Assembly (NCBI GenBank): GCA_009843865.1
Contig: VYCQ01000023.1
Coordinates: forward strand, 64,320-128,319
Source of the DNA: Acidimicrobiia bacterium
GTDB taxonomy: Bacteria; Actinomycetota; Acidimicrobiia; Acidimicrobiales; Bin134
Length of the DNA stretch: 64,000 nt
Direction: 5' to 3'
Positions 29,182 through 39,285 of this stretch are shown here, piece by piece. Each line of letters opens with the position of its first letter. Position 1 is the first letter of the stretch. The position numbers and the translations under genes were made by a program. Below the pieces are notes generated by a model, which saw only the letters and a program-made list of their open reading frames with translations, made no database searches and was not told the DNA's origin.

Positions 29182-30054
29182 GTGGCTGAGTACGTGGTCA
29201 TTACCGGCATGTCGGGTGCGGGTCGTTCCCAAGCGGCTAATCATTTTGAAGACAAGGGTTGGTATGTTGTGGATAATCTACCGCCAGCACTGTTGCCTAA
29301 GGTGCGCGAGTTTGCCGATGCGCCCAACAGCGGCATTTGTCAGGTAGGGCTGGTCCTAGGTTTGAACCTGTTTCATGAAGAGGTGGCACCTGCTTTGGCC
29401 AACCTCAAAGCATCGGCAGCAGGGTCGGTTCGCATTTTGTTCTTGGATGCTTCTACGTCGGTGTTGGTTAAGCGGTTTGAGAGCACTAAACGTCGCCACC
29501 CGTTTGCGGGCTCTTCGCTTATGGGCTTATTAGACGCAATTCACGCAGAGCGAGAAGCTCTGAGCTTTTTGCGAGGCGAAGCCGATATTGTTGTGGATAC
29601 CTCTGAGGACAGTATCTATCAACTGAACCACCTACTAAATGAGGTGTTTGAGTTGAAGACTGGTCCGGAATCGGTCACAACCAGGGTTTTGTCGTTTGGT
29701 TTTAAGTACGGCATCCCATTAGATGCCGATCTGGTGTTGGACTGTAGGTTCTTGCCCAATCCCTATTGGGAAGAGGATTTGCGGGGTTTGTGTGGTAAAG
29801 ACGAGAAGGTGCAGGACTTCTTGTTGAACGGTCAACCCATGACTGCAACCTTTCTGAGTCAAACCGAGGATTTGTTGACCACGCTGGTGCCCGCCTATGC
29901 CCGTGAGGGGAAGTCCTATTTGACCATTGCTTTTGGCTGCACAGGGGGTCGTCACCGTTCTGTTTTCGTGGCTGAACATGTTCATCGCCGCCTCAGTGCT
30001 GCCACCGAGCTAGGGTCCCGCCCCTTTATTTCACACCGCGATTTGGAGCGCTAA
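29182..30054 (+). CDS. rapZ: RNase adapter / nucleotide-binding protein RapZ (YvcJ family)
   Basis: P-loop GMSGAGRS with a C-terminal GCTGGRHRSV; 290 aa. Confidence 0.88.
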   Translation: MAEYVVITGMSGAGRSQAANHFEDKGWYVVDNLPPALLPKVREFADAPNSGICQVGLVLGLNLFHEEVAPALANLKASAAGSVRILFLDASTSVLVKRFESTKRRHPFAGSSLMGLLDAIHAEREALSFLRGEADIVVDTSEDSIYQLNHLLNEVFELKTGPESVTTRVLSFGFKYGIPLDADLVLDCRFLPNPYWEEDLRGLCGKDEKVQDFLLNGQPMTATFLSQTEDLLTTLVPAYAREGKSYLTIAFGCTGGRHRSVFVAEHVHRRLSAATELGSRPFISHRDLER

Positions 30055-31613
30055 GGCTGTACCAGATGTTCTTTTAATGATGCTTTCTGTACTTTGCCAG
30101 CGCTAGTGCGGGGCAGGTTGTCCATAATGATGAACTCGTCGGGCACCTGAGGTTTGGCTAGACGACCAGAGCACCAACTGCGCAATTCCTCGGTAGTGTC
30201 ATTGAGCATCTGCTCAGATGAACTATCACAGCTACTGTCAGCGCAAAGCTCTACAAATGCCACAGGGCGCTCTCCCCATTCGCTATTAGCACGACCCACT
30301 ACGGCAGCATCAGTCACCTTGGGGTGATCACAGATGACAGCTTCAATTTGACTGGGGTGTATGTTCACCCCGCCGCTGATGAGCATTTCGGTTACTCGTC
30401 CCGTAATGTACAGGTAGCCCTCGCTATCTAGGTGGCCTAGATCGCCGGTGCGTAGCCACCCGTCAACCATTGTTTTTTGAGTGAGGCCGGGATTACGCCA
30501 GTAACCCGACATCGCTTTAGGAGTGCGTGCCCATACTTCTCCCACCTCTGCTGAGGGCACTTCCCTGCCTTGCGCATCGCGCACCTGGATGCGCACTCCG
30601 GGCACCGCTCGTCCGCAAGATTTCAGCAGCTCAGGACGCTCAGACAAGGCCAACTTATGATCTTGGGGCATTAGTCCGGTGAGATTGCTCACGCACTCTG
30701 TTATGCCATAAGCCTGATACAGGTTACACCCTAGGCGTTCTTGAGCTTCGCGAATCAGGGTGCTTGGGGTACTAGCAGCGCCGTAGGTGATTAATCGCAA
30801 GCTTGACAGATTCGCCTGAGCTAGGTTGGGATGATCTAGGATGCGGCGGAGTTGTGTGGGCACCAAGAGGGCGATGCTTACTTGGTATTGAGCTACAGCA
30901 GCAAAAAATGCCTCAGCAGAAAAGTGGCGCAACACAACATGGGTTTGTGCATCGGCCAGCATCGAGCACACCCTGCTGCCCGCAGCGGTGTGGTACATAG
31001 GTGTGGTGGACAAGAACACATCGTCGGGTTGGAAGCGCTGCACTAATGCCATGGTCAACCCGTTGAATGCTAAAGCGCCTTGTGAAAGGCAAACCCCTTT
31101 AGGTTGGCTGGTTGTACCGCTGGTGTACATGATGAGCGCAGTGTCGTCTGCTTGAGAGCGGTTCAAGTCATCTAGTGGCTCATAAGCCAGCAGATCAGCG
31201 TAGGCAGGTTCATCAGTTGAGATGAGCAGTCCGCTGTTGGTCACAGTCTTAGCCTGTTTTAGCTTAGAGATGTGTTTGTTGTCAGCCACGCTGATGGTTG
31301 GCTCGGCATCGCTCAGGATTGTGGTCAGCTCAGCATCAGTCCATCTAGTGCTAAGCGGAACAGCCGCCGCACCTAGGTAACAGGCCGCTAGATAGATATC
31401 AAAATGCAGCAGACCGTTGTCGGCCATCAGCGCAATTCGGTTGCCTGAGCGCACACCGCAAGATTGAAGCCCTGCGGCTAACCGCAACACACGATTCCGC
31501 AATGCCTCAAAGGTGACAGACTCAACAGCGTGTGCTAGTTCATCGGCCACCAACAGTGCTGTTTTTGCCTCAAACAGCAGTGCATCGCGTTCTAGTAGGT
31601 CAACGATCCTCAC
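30051..31613 (-). CDS. AMP-dependent acyl-CoA synthetase/ligase
   Basis: AMP-binding motif YTSGTTSQPKGV and a C-terminal GKVQK. Substrate unknown. Confidence 0.85.
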   Translation of the reverse strand: MRIVDLLERDALLFEAKTALLVADELAHAVESVTFEALRNRVLRLAAGLQSCGVRSGNRIALMADNGLLHFDIYLAACYLGAAAVPLSTRWTDAELTTILSDAEPTISVADNKHISKLKQAKTVTNSGLLISTDEPAYADLLAYEPLDDLNRSQADDTALIMYTSGTTSQPKGVCLSQGALAFNGLTMALVQRFQPDDVFLSTTPMYHTAAGSRVCSMLADAQTHVVLRHFSAEAFFAAVAQYQVSIALLVPTQLRRILDHPNLAQANLSSLRLITYGAASTPSTLIREAQERLGCNLYQAYGITECVSNLTGLMPQDHKLALSERPELLKSCGRAVPGVRIQVRDAQGREVPSAEVGEVWARTPKAMSGYWRNPGLTQKTMVDGWLRTGDLGHLDSEGYLYITGRVTEMLISGGVNIHPSQIEAVICDHPKVTDAAVVGRANSEWGERPVAFVELCADSSCDSSSEQMLNDTTEELRSWCSGRLAKPQVPDEFIIMDNLPRTSAGKVQKASLKEHLVQP

Positions 31614-31758
31614 TACTGCACTAGGCCGGTTTTCGAGATCAATCTTGAGATAAATGCTGTGTTAGTCGCTGCTGCAAATGCTGTTATAAGCATTTTTTTT
31701 GAGTCATCTTGGGTGCCGATGTTGTTACGGCTCATCTTGCTACTTTAGCCTCGTTATC

Positions 31759-32772
31759 ATGAGCATACGTGTGGGCATAAACGGCTTTGGCCGCATTGGC
31801 CGTAATTTTTTCAGGGCAGCACATCAGGTTGGGGCTGATTTAGAGTTTGTTGCTGTAAACGACCTAGGTAGTCGTGAGACAATGGCTCACCTACTTAAAC
31901 ACGATTCGATCATGGGTCAATTTGGTGAGCCTGTTGCTGTTGCGAATAACGGCTTGCAGATTGGTGGCAGTGTGCTGCGGGTGCTGTCTGAGCGCGACCC
32001 TAGCAATTTGCCGTGGAGCGACTTGGGAGTGGATGTGGTGGTGGAATCTACCGGGTTCTTCACTTCTAGGGACAAGGCCGCTGCCCACCTAGAGGCTGGC
32101 GCAGCTCGGGTAATTGTGTCGGCACCAGCATCGGGGGCAGATGCCACCTTTGTGGTGGGCGTGAATGATGCCGACTTCGATCCGCAGCATCACCTAGTGG
32201 TGTCTAACGCCTCTTGTACCACTAATTGCTTTGTGCCAATGGTGAAGGTGTTGGACGATGCCTTTGGTGTGGAGCGCGGTTTGATGACCACAGTCCATGC
32301 TTACACCGGAGATCAGGCCCTTGTGGACGGCCCCCATTCGGATTTGCGGCGCGCTCGGGCCGCTGCGGTGAACATTGTTCCCACCTCCACGGGAGCTGCT
32401 CGCGCAACGGGGTTGGTGCTGCAAGCCATGAACGGACTTTTAGATGGCATTGCCTTGCGAGTACCCATCCCGGTGGGCTCGCTTACCGACTTCACCGCTG
32501 TTTTAAAGGGAGAGCCCGATGCTGAAGAAATCAACGCAGCTTTTGTTGATGCTGCTGCTAGCGGTTCGTTGGCGGGGGTTTTGGACTACAGCGATGCCCC
32601 ATTGGTGTCTAGCGATATATGTGGTTCTGCGGCCTCATGTATCTTCGATTCGGGTTTGACCCTAGCGATGGGCAATCTAGCGAAAGTGTCAGGTTGGTAT
32701 GACAATGAGTGGGGTTATTCCAATCGGCTGGTGGATTTGGTTGGGATCGTAGGCGCTGCGGCGGGCGGCTGA
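31759..32772 (+). CDS. gap: glyceraldehyde-3-phosphate dehydrogenase
   Basis: NGFGRIGRN and the catalytic SNASCTTN. ATG 31759 (MSIRVGING...) preferred over 31699. Confidence 0.92.
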   Translation: MSIRVGINGFGRIGRNFFRAAHQVGADLEFVAVNDLGSRETMAHLLKHDSIMGQFGEPVAVANNGLQIGGSVLRVLSERDPSNLPWSDLGVDVVVESTGFFTSRDKAAAHLEAGAARVIVSAPASGADATFVVGVNDADFDPQHHLVVSNASCTTNCFVPMVKVLDDAFGVERGLMTTVHAYTGDQALVDGPHSDLRRARAAAVNIVPTSTGAARATGLVLQAMNGLLDGIALRVPIPVGSLTDFTAVLKGEPDAEEINAAFVDAAASGSLAGVLDYSDAPLVSSDICGSAASCIFDSGLTLAMGNLAKVSGWYDNEWGYSNRLVDLVGIVGAAAGG

Positions 32773-32780
32773 GCGCTGTA

Positions 32781-33911
32781 GTGCTTCCTACTCTTGAGAC
32801 ATTAGAAGCAGCTCTTGGAGGGCTAGCAGGCCGAATAATCTTGCTGAGAGCAGATTTCAACGTTCCCCTAGATGATGACGGGCAGATCACCGACGATTTT
32901 CGCATTCGCGCGGCATTGCCTACCATTTCTTGGCTCACAGAGCGCGAAGCCAGTGTGGTGGCGTGCAGCCACTTAGGTCGACCCCAAGGCAAAGTTGAGC
33001 GTCGCTATTCGCTGGCTCCGGTGCAGGCTAAGTTACGGGAGTTGGCACCGAGTGTGGATCTGTTGGAGAACTTGCGTTTTGATCCTGGTGAGACTGCTAA
33101 CGAGGCACGCTTTACTCAAACGTTGGTTGAGGGGTGCGACGGCTATGTGAACGATGCTTTTGGAGCTTCTCATCGGGCTCACGCCTCAATTGTGGGTCCG
33201 CCTGCGTTGCTGCCGAGTGGAGCTGGTCGATTACTGACTACAGAAGTTGAGGTTCTTAGTGGATTGCGTCATAAGCCCAAGCGTCCGTTTGTGGCGGTGC
33301 TGGGTGGGGCTAAGGTGAGTGACAAGCTGGGCGTAATTAAGGCTTTGGTGGAGGTTGCCGACGAGGTGGTGATCGGTGGGGGCATGTGCTTTACCTTTTT
33401 GGCTGCGCAAGGTCATGGTGTGGGAAAATCTTTGCTTCAACAAGATCAATTGGAAGCTTGCGCTGAGTTGTTGGATGCTGGGGCCCCCATTCGTCTGCCA
33501 ACCGATATCGCTGTGCTAGCGCCAGGAGATAGGGTTGTTCAAGCTGGTGTGGATTTGCGATCTGATTGGCAGGGTTTGGATATTGGCTCAGGTACCGCAG
33601 CTGAGTTCAGCGACCTTATCTTGCATGCTGGTACCGTGCTGTGGAATGGCCCCATGGGTTTGTTTGAGGATGCTCGTTTTGCCTCAGGCACCGTGACGGT
33701 GGCACAGGCTTTGGCCGATAGTGGGGCTTTTACTGTGGTGGGCGGAGGTGACAGTGCTGCTGCGGTTCAACAATTTGGCTTGAGTGCAGCGATGGATTAT
33801 GTATCCACCGGGGGAGGGGCTTCGTTGGAGTTGATTCAGCAGGGCGATCTTCCGGGCCTGCAAGCTCTTAGAGAGTCTGTTGCAAATCAACAAGCAAGTC
33901 GTCAAGGTTAG
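32781..33911 (+). CDS. pgk: phosphoglycerate kinase
   Basis: RADFNVPL, the CSHLGRP motif and a C-terminal STGGGASLE. The GTG 32781 start just after the gap stop is a guess. Confidence 0.88.
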   Translation: MLPTLETLEAALGGLAGRIILLRADFNVPLDDDGQITDDFRIRAALPTISWLTEREASVVACSHLGRPQGKVERRYSLAPVQAKLRELAPSVDLLENLRFDPGETANEARFTQTLVEGCDGYVNDAFGASHRAHASIVGPPALLPSGAGRLLTTEVEVLSGLRHKPKRPFVAVLGGAKVSDKLGVIKALVEVADEVVIGGGMCFTFLAAQGHGVGKSLLQQDQLEACAELLDAGAPIRLPTDIAVLAPGDRVVQAGVDLRSDWQGLDIGSGTAAEFSDLILHAGTVLWNGPMGLFEDARFASGTVTVAQALADSGAFTVVGGGDSAAAVQQFGLSAAMDYVSTGGGASLELIQQGDLPGLQALRESVANQQASRQG

Positions 33912-33931
33912 GTTATAAGGATTGAGGGGGC

Positions 33932-34711
33932 GTGGTAGTTGAACGCAAACCGCTTATAAGCGGCAATTGGAAAATGCACATGAATCATTTGGAGGCAATT
34001 CAATTAATCCAGAAGCTCTCTTACGCTCTAGAAGCGGCGGACTACGCCTCTACCGACGTGTCCATCCACCCGCCCTTCACTAATCTGCGCTCGGCTCAAA
34101 CAGTTTTAGATGCCGACAAGATACCCATCGCCTTGGGTGCGCAACATTGTCACTGGGAGGATAAAGGAGCCTTGACAGGCGAGGTGTCGGCATCAATGCT
34201 TGCCAAGTTAGCGGTAAGATATGTGATCGCTGGCCACTCAGAACGGCGCCAGTTGTTTGGTGATTCTGATGAGGATGTGAACAGCCGGCTCAAAGCTATT
34301 TTAATCGCAGGCATGACCCCTATCATGTGTTGCGGGGAGACTCTTGAAGAACGTCGCAATCAACAAGCTGAGGCTCGGATTGCTTTTCAAGTAGAACATG
34401 GGTTGGCCGGGATTAAGCGCGAGCAGGTAGCCAACATGGTGATTGCTTATGAGCCAGTATGGGCCATAGGCACTGGTCAAACAGCTACTCCAAGCGATGC
34501 ACAGGTTGGTTGTGCTGTTGTTCGCAATAAGGTGCGTGAGCTATTTGGAGCTTTGGCAGCCGATGGGGTTCGCATTCAATATGGTGGGTCGGTGAAACCG
34601 ATCAACATTGCCGAACTCATGGCACAACCTGATATTGATGGCGCTTTAGTGGGTGGTGCTTCCCTAGAAGCGGAGAGCTTCTCGCGCATAGTTCGTTTTC
34701 GCCTTCAGTAG
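33932..34711 (+). CDS. tpiA: triosephosphate isomerase
   Basis: GNWKMH, the catalytic AYEPVWAIGTG and a GGASL C-terminal motif. Confidence 0.92.
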   Translation: MVVERKPLISGNWKMHMNHLEAIQLIQKLSYALEAADYASTDVSIHPPFTNLRSAQTVLDADKIPIALGAQHCHWEDKGALTGEVSASMLAKLAVRYVIAGHSERRQLFGDSDEDVNSRLKAILIAGMTPIMCCGETLEERRNQQAEARIAFQVEHGLAGIKREQVANMVIAYEPVWAIGTGQTATPSDAQVGCAVVRNKVRELFGALAADGVRIQYGGSVKPINIAELMAQPDIDGALVGGASLEAESFSRIVRFRLQ

Positions 34712-34720
34712 CTTTGGTTT

Positions 34721-35629
34721 TTAGCGCATTGCCTCGGCGAACAATGTGGTATACACCTCACGGGTTTGTTGTGTGGATAGATCAGCACCCAAGTAAAGGT
34801 TGTTTAAGTGCAGTTCCCAGTGTAGGTGAACATTTTTTGAGACATCGCCTGCTGCGGATGCAGCGGTGCCTGAGTTGCCGATTTCTCCCACCCTCTCACC
34901 GGCGCTAATGGTTTGGCCTATGCGGATGTTGGAGTCTACCTCATGTAGATGGGCGTATATCGAAATGATGTGGCCAGCAAACGGTGTAATCCCATGATCT
35001 ATCACTACATAGTTTCCATAAAGGGACAACAAGGTAAAAGGAGGCGTGGCAGCTAGTTGTGCTGCAACTCCTAGAAGTTGCAATCTGTCATTGGGAGTTG
35101 GGTGTCGATAGTTGTCCATGATTTGCACTACCCGTCCGTCTAATGCCGCCACAGCGGAGCGTCCTAATGAAGGGCACACGAAATCAACCCCCTGATGGAT
35201 ACCAGAACGGTAGGAGCGTGGGGAGTTGGGCAACAGATCAGGCCGGGGCAATGGATTGCCGCAGTCGCTGGGCAAAATCATGTTTGCTGCCAGAGCTTGG
35301 GCTACTTCCAATGTCTCTTCAAACGCCAGTGGTTCTTGAGGTAACACTATTGCAATTGGTGTCGGGGCAGGCAGGGGAGGCGGTGGGCTGGTTGTGGCTG
35401 TTGGGGTTGCCGAAGCTGCTGTGGTTGGTGTGGGGTTGTTAACCCGAGGCTTGGCTTGATCGGCTAGTTTAGCGTTAAGCGTAGGTGGCGTTGCAGCTGA
35501 TGCTGTTGGACTGCCTTGAGCGGAGTCGGCATCGTCGCTGGTCTTGGAGTTAGCTTGCGAGCAGGCACCAGCTATCAACGAGCCCAGTGTGAGCGCAAGC
35601 GCCAAAGCCACAATGTGGCGTACCGTCAA
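34721..35629 (-). CDS. M23 family metallopeptidase, probable lipoprotein with Pro/Thr/Ala-rich linker
   Basis: HQGVDF and HLHWELH Zn motifs. The signal peptide ends in SLIAGAC. TTG 35629 sits behind AAGGGAGG and is preferred over 35704. Confidence 0.78.
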   Translation of the reverse strand: MTVRHIVALALALTLGSLIAGACSQANSKTSDDADSAQGSPTASAATPPTLNAKLADQAKPRVNNPTPTTAASATPTATTSPPPPLPAPTPIAIVLPQEPLAFEETLEVAQALAANMILPSDCGNPLPRPDLLPNSPRSYRSGIHQGVDFVCPSLGRSAVAALDGRVVQIMDNYRHPTPNDRLQLLGVAAQLAATPPFTLLSLYGNYVVIDHGITPFAGHIISIYAHLHEVDSNIRIGQTISAGERVGEIGNSGTAASAAGDVSKNVHLHWELHLNNLYLGADLSTQQTREVYTTLFAEAMR

Positions 35630-35716
35630 AATACCTCCCTTAACAGTAGGATGTGAGCAATGATTACAAACTAGTGGTGTGTTGGATAGCTCATTGGGGA
35701 TCACTGACGGGTAGCC

Positions 35717-35959
35717 TTGTTGATGGTGACCATTGCATTAGTAGTAATAGACGTTATTGCTGCCCTTGGGCTGTTGGCATTGGTGTTGTTACACAGCGGC
35801 CGAGGTGGTGGGCTTTCGGACATGTTTGGTGGGGGCTTTGGGACCCAAGCTGCTGGTTCAACCGTGATCGAGAAAAATTTGGATCGACTCACCATAGTGG
35901 CCGCGCTTATCTTCAGCTTCTGCACTTTGGCACTCGCCCTTCTGTTAGATGCCAGCTAA
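35717..35959 (+). CDS. secG: preprotein translocase subunit SecG
   Basis: 80 aa with two hydrophobic helices flanking GGGLSDMFGGG. Conserved position after tpiA. The start may be ATG 35723. Confidence 0.85.
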   Translation: MLMVTIALVVIDVIAALGLLALVLLHSGRGGGLSDMFGGGFGTQAAGSTVIEKNLDRLTIVAALIFSFCTLALALLLDAS

Positions 35960-36014
35960 ACAGTAGTAGGTGCGGGTGATAAAGGTCTTAGATGCTACTG
36001 TCTCAGGTGGTAAT

Positions 36015-36099
36015 GTCGGAGTGGCGGAATTGGCAGACGCGCTAGCTTGAGGGGCTAGTGCCCGTTATGGGCGTGGGGGTTCAAATCCCCCCTCCGACA
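36015..36099 (+). tRNA. tRNA-Leu (anticodon GAG), class II long variable arm
   Basis: Folded by hand: acceptor GTCGGAG/CTCCGAC, anticodon arm CTAGC-TTGAGGG-GCTAG, T-arm GGGGG-TTCAAAT-CCCCC. CCA is not encoded. Confidence 0.9.
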
Positions 36100-36159
36100 C
36101 CCTCTTTTTTGAAAAGGTCAAGGTACACTGCCCATAGCCACGGCTTCAAGGAGAGTTTC

Positions 36160-38343
36160 ATGACTGACACTGCTAAGCAGTGCCCCTTCACGGGTGCCAA
36201 CACTGTTAAAGGCACATCGGTAACCGAACAGTGGTGGCCTGAGCAGTTAAACCTAAAAATCTTGCATCAACATTCCGAGCAAGTTAACCCCATGGGGGAA
36301 AGCTTTGATTATGCTGTCGAGTTTGAGTCGCTGGATTTGGCGGCGGTGAAACAAGACATAGCGCATGCGTTGGTTGATTCTAAGGACTGGTGGCCAGCCG
36401 ATTATGGCCACTACGGCCCGTTGATGATTCGTCTTACCTGGCACGCCGCTGGCACTTATCGTATTGGTGATGGCCGCGGTGGAGGTGGCACCGGCGCGCA
36501 ACGCTTTGCTCCTCTCAACAGTTGGCCGGATAATGTCAGCTTGGATAAGGCCCGTCGGGTGCTATGGCCGATAAAGCAAAAGTATGGGTGCAAGCTTTCG
36601 TGGGCTGATTTGTTGATCTTGGCTGGCAATGTGGCCTTGGAGTCCATGGGTTTTAAAACCTTTGGTTTTGGTGGTGGCCGCCCTGACATCTGGGGTACTG
36701 AAGAAGACATCTACTGGGGTTCGGAGAACGAGTGGTTAGGCGACGAGCGTTACAGTGGTGAACGCAGTTTGGAGACACCGCTTGGAGCGGTGCAGATGGG
36801 CCTTATATATGTGAATCCTGAAGGGCCTAATGCCAATCCTGATCCTATTGCAGCTGGGATTGATATTCGCGAGACCTTTGCTCGGATGGCCATGAACGAC
36901 GAAGAAACTGTTGCACTGATTGCAGGCGGCCATACTTTTGGCAAAGCTCATGGGGCAGCTCCCGACACTTATGTTGGGGATGATCCCGAAGCTGCCGCTA
37001 TTGAAGATCAAGGTTTTGGTTGGCGCAATGCTTTTGGTACTGGTGTAGGTGGAGATGCAATTACTAGTGGCCTAGAAGGAGCATGGACAAGCAACCCCAT
37101 CGTGTGGGATAACGGCTATTTTGACAACCTATTTGGATATGAGTGGGAGCTTACGAAGAGTCCTGCGGGTGCTCAGCAATGGCGGCCTACAGATCGTGCT
37201 GCTGATGATTCGGTACCTGATGCTCACGATCCTAATAAACGGCACGCCCCGATAATGCTCACCACCGATCTGGCGTTGCGCTTTGATCCTATATACGAGC
37301 CTATTTCTCGTCGTTTCCATGAGCATCCCGAAGAGCTAGCTGATGCCTTTGCGCGTGCCTGGTTTAAGCTCACCCATCGTGATATGGGGCCTGTGTCACG
37401 CTATTTGGGTCCTGAGGTTCCCGCTGAGCAGTTGATCTGGCAAGATCCAGTGCCCGTAACTCAAGGTCGGCCCCTCGGCGATGGTGATATCGTCAGTCTC
37501 AAGCAGCGGGTGCTGAACTCTGGTCTATCGGTTTCACAGCTTGTTGCCACAGCTTGGGCATCCGCCTCAACTTTTCGGGGCACCGATAAGCGCGGTGGAG
37601 CTAACGGGGCTCGTATACGGTTGGCACCCCAAAATGGCTGGGATGTGAATATTGCTGCTGGGGTGTCTGAGGTGATTGCAGTCTTAGAACAGGTTCAGGC
37701 AGACTTTAACTCTCAAGGTGGCGCACAGGTTTCTTTGGCTGATCTAATTGTGTTGGGTGGATGTGCCGCAATTGAAAAGGCTGCCAACGACGCTGGGCAT
37801 AGCGTAGAGGTGCCATTTTCATCCGGGCGCACCGATGCCACGCCAGACCAAACCGATGTGGAGAGCTTTGCAGTGTTGGAACCCACCGCAGATGGTTTCC
37901 GCAATTATCAGGCTGATTTCCATAAGCGGCCTGCCGAGGAACTGCTGGTAGACAAGGCTTTTCTATTGAACTTAACCGCACCAGAGATGACGGTGCTGGT
38001 TGGTGGCATGCGTGCCTTAGATGCCAATGTTGGTCAATCTCCCCATGGGGTGCTAACAAATCGGCCCGGTGCGCTGAGCAACGATTTTTTCACCAACTTG
38101 TTGAGCATGGACACTGAGTGGAAGGTATCTGCCGACCGAGTGGGAATCTATGAAGGACGAGATCGCGCTAGCGGCGAGCTGCGTTATACGGCAACCGCTG
38201 CTGATCTGGTGTTCGGCTCTAACTCGCAGCTTCGAGCCATTGCTGAGGTCTACGGCTGTGACGACGGTGCTGCAAGGTTTGTGAACGATTTTGTGGCCGC
38301 TTGGCACAAGGTTATGAACTTAGACCGCTTCGATTTGCCTTAG
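36160..38343 (+). CDS. katG: catalase-peroxidase
   Basis: [11 protein letters not shown] (distal site), [10 protein letters not shown] (proximal His) and a duplicated peroxidase fold. ATG 36160 lies behind AAGGAGAG. The ORF-track start at 36058 lies inside tRNA-Leu. Confidence 0.95.
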   Translation: MTDTAKQCPFTGANTVKGTSVTEQWWPEQLNLKILHQHSEQVNPMGESFDYAVEFESLDLAAVKQDIAHALVDSKDWWPADYGHYGPLMIRLTWHAAGTYRIGDGRGGGGTGAQRFAPLNSWPDNVSLDKARRVLWPIKQKYGCKLSWADLLILAGNVALESMGFKTFGFGGGRPDIWGTEEDIYWGSENEWLGDERYSGERSLETPLGAVQMGLIYVNPEGPNANPDPIAAGIDIRETFARMAMNDEETVALIAGGHTFGKAHGAAPDTYVGDDPEAAAIEDQGFGWRNAFGTGVGGDAITSGLEGAWTSNPIVWDNGYFDNLFGYEWELTKSPAGAQQWRPTDRAADDSVPDAHDPNKRHAPIMLTTDLALRFDPIYEPISRRFHEHPEELADAFARAWFKLTHRDMGPVSRYLGPEVPAEQLIWQDPVPVTQGRPLGDGDIVSLKQRVLNSGLSVSQLVATAWASASTFRGTDKRGGANGARIRLAPQNGWDVNIAAGVSEVIAVLEQVQADFNSQGGAQVSLADLIVLGGCAAIEKAANDAGHSVEVPFSSGRTDATPDQTDVESFAVLEPTADGFRNYQADFHKRPAEELLVDKAFLLNLTAPEMTVLVGGMRALDANVGQSPHGVLTNRPGALSNDFFTNLLSMDTEWKVSADRVGIYEGRDRASGELRYTATAADLVFGSNSQLRAIAEVYGCDDGAARFVNDFVAAWHKVMNLDRFDLP

Positions 38344-38384
38344 TTTGTTGTTGCCTTGATGGTTGCTTTAGGCCGCTAGTCAGG

Positions 38385-39248
38385 CTACGGGAATCCAACT
38401 CCTGGTATTTCAACTGTAACCATCTCAATTCGGCCCTGGTATCGACCTGAGACCTCGTCGGGATGCAAGCCTGGTGCTGTAACCAAAAACAGCGTTTTAC
38501 GGTCTTCGCCGCCCAACATTACAGCGTAGCAGTTGAGTTCGGTGTTTACTCGGTGAGTTATCTCACCACCTTCAAGCACTCGCAGGGCAGCCTTGCCTAC
38601 TGCATCGGCAAACCAAATACCTCCTTCGGCATCCATGCAGCAGCCATCGGGGATCATGCCTGGCACAGCAGCCCAAAGACGACGATTTTTGAGGTGACCA
38701 TTGTCTCCCACATCAAAAGCGGTGAATTGGCAGCCAAAACTTTCACCCACGATGTAGGTGTTCCCGTCGGGCGTTATGACCGCACCATTGGGAAACTGAA
38801 GGTTGTCTGCTGCTGCTTCTACAGCACCGTCAGGATGTACTAAAGCAACAGTAGCGGGGGTTACATCTGCTCCGGCGTGGAGATCAAAGCCAAAGTTGCC
38901 CACATAGGCTCGACCCTGCAAATCGGTTGTCATGTCATTGCAATGAGACGTGGCGATTTCTGACAGATCAGCGTGGAGGTGTAGAGCAGAGCCATCAAAA
39001 CGCAGCACACGACGATCCAGCATTGAGACCGCCAGCAGATCACCGTTAGGCAGCCACCCTAAACCAGATGGTTGGCTGGGTACTTCTACGATCACCTCCT
39101 CGATGCCGTCTAAAGAGGCTGCTCTTACTTGATGCCTAAAGTAATCTGAATACCACAGACGGCCCTCATGCCAGCGTGGGCTCTCACCAAACGTGAGACC
39201 TTCTAGGAAAGATTGCGGAGTGGGTAGTAGTTCCATATGCAGGGACAA
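38385..39248 (-). CDS. SMP-30/gluconolactonase/LRE-like beta-propeller protein
   Basis: 287 aa with the repeated beta-propeller pattern typical of the SGL family (ESPRWHEGRLWYSD..., PNG/PDG blades). Confidence 0.72.
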   Translation of the reverse strand: MSLHMELLPTPQSFLEGLTFGESPRWHEGRLWYSDYFRHQVRAASLDGIEEVIVEVPSQPSGLGWLPNGDLLAVSMLDRRVLRFDGSALHLHADLSEIATSHCNDMTTDLQGRAYVGNFGFDLHAGADVTPATVALVHPDGAVEAAADNLQFPNGAVITPDGNTYIVGESFGCQFTAFDVGDNGHLKNRRLWAAVPGMIPDGCCMDAEGGIWFADAVGKAALRVLEGGEITHRVNTELNCYAVMLGGEDRKTLFLVTAPGLHPDEVSGRYQGRIEMVTVEIPGVGFP

Positions 39249-39285
39249 TAGCTAATTAACACCAACTTGGTGGCGATAATATAGA

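Noticed and set aside
31651-31700. An AT-rich hairpin (AAATGC-tgttataa-GCATTT) followed by a T-run, with a duplicated AAATGCTGT 25 nt apart. It lies about 60 nt upstream of gap on the plus strand.
   Set aside because: The stem is only 6 bp and AT-rich, and no upstream plus-strand gene needs terminating. It could be a leader or attenuator, but the evidence is too thin to call.
36058-36159. The ORF-track start of katG at 36058.
   Set aside because: It lies inside tRNA-Leu. ATG 36160 has an AAGGAGAG RBS and gives the usual KatG N-terminus.
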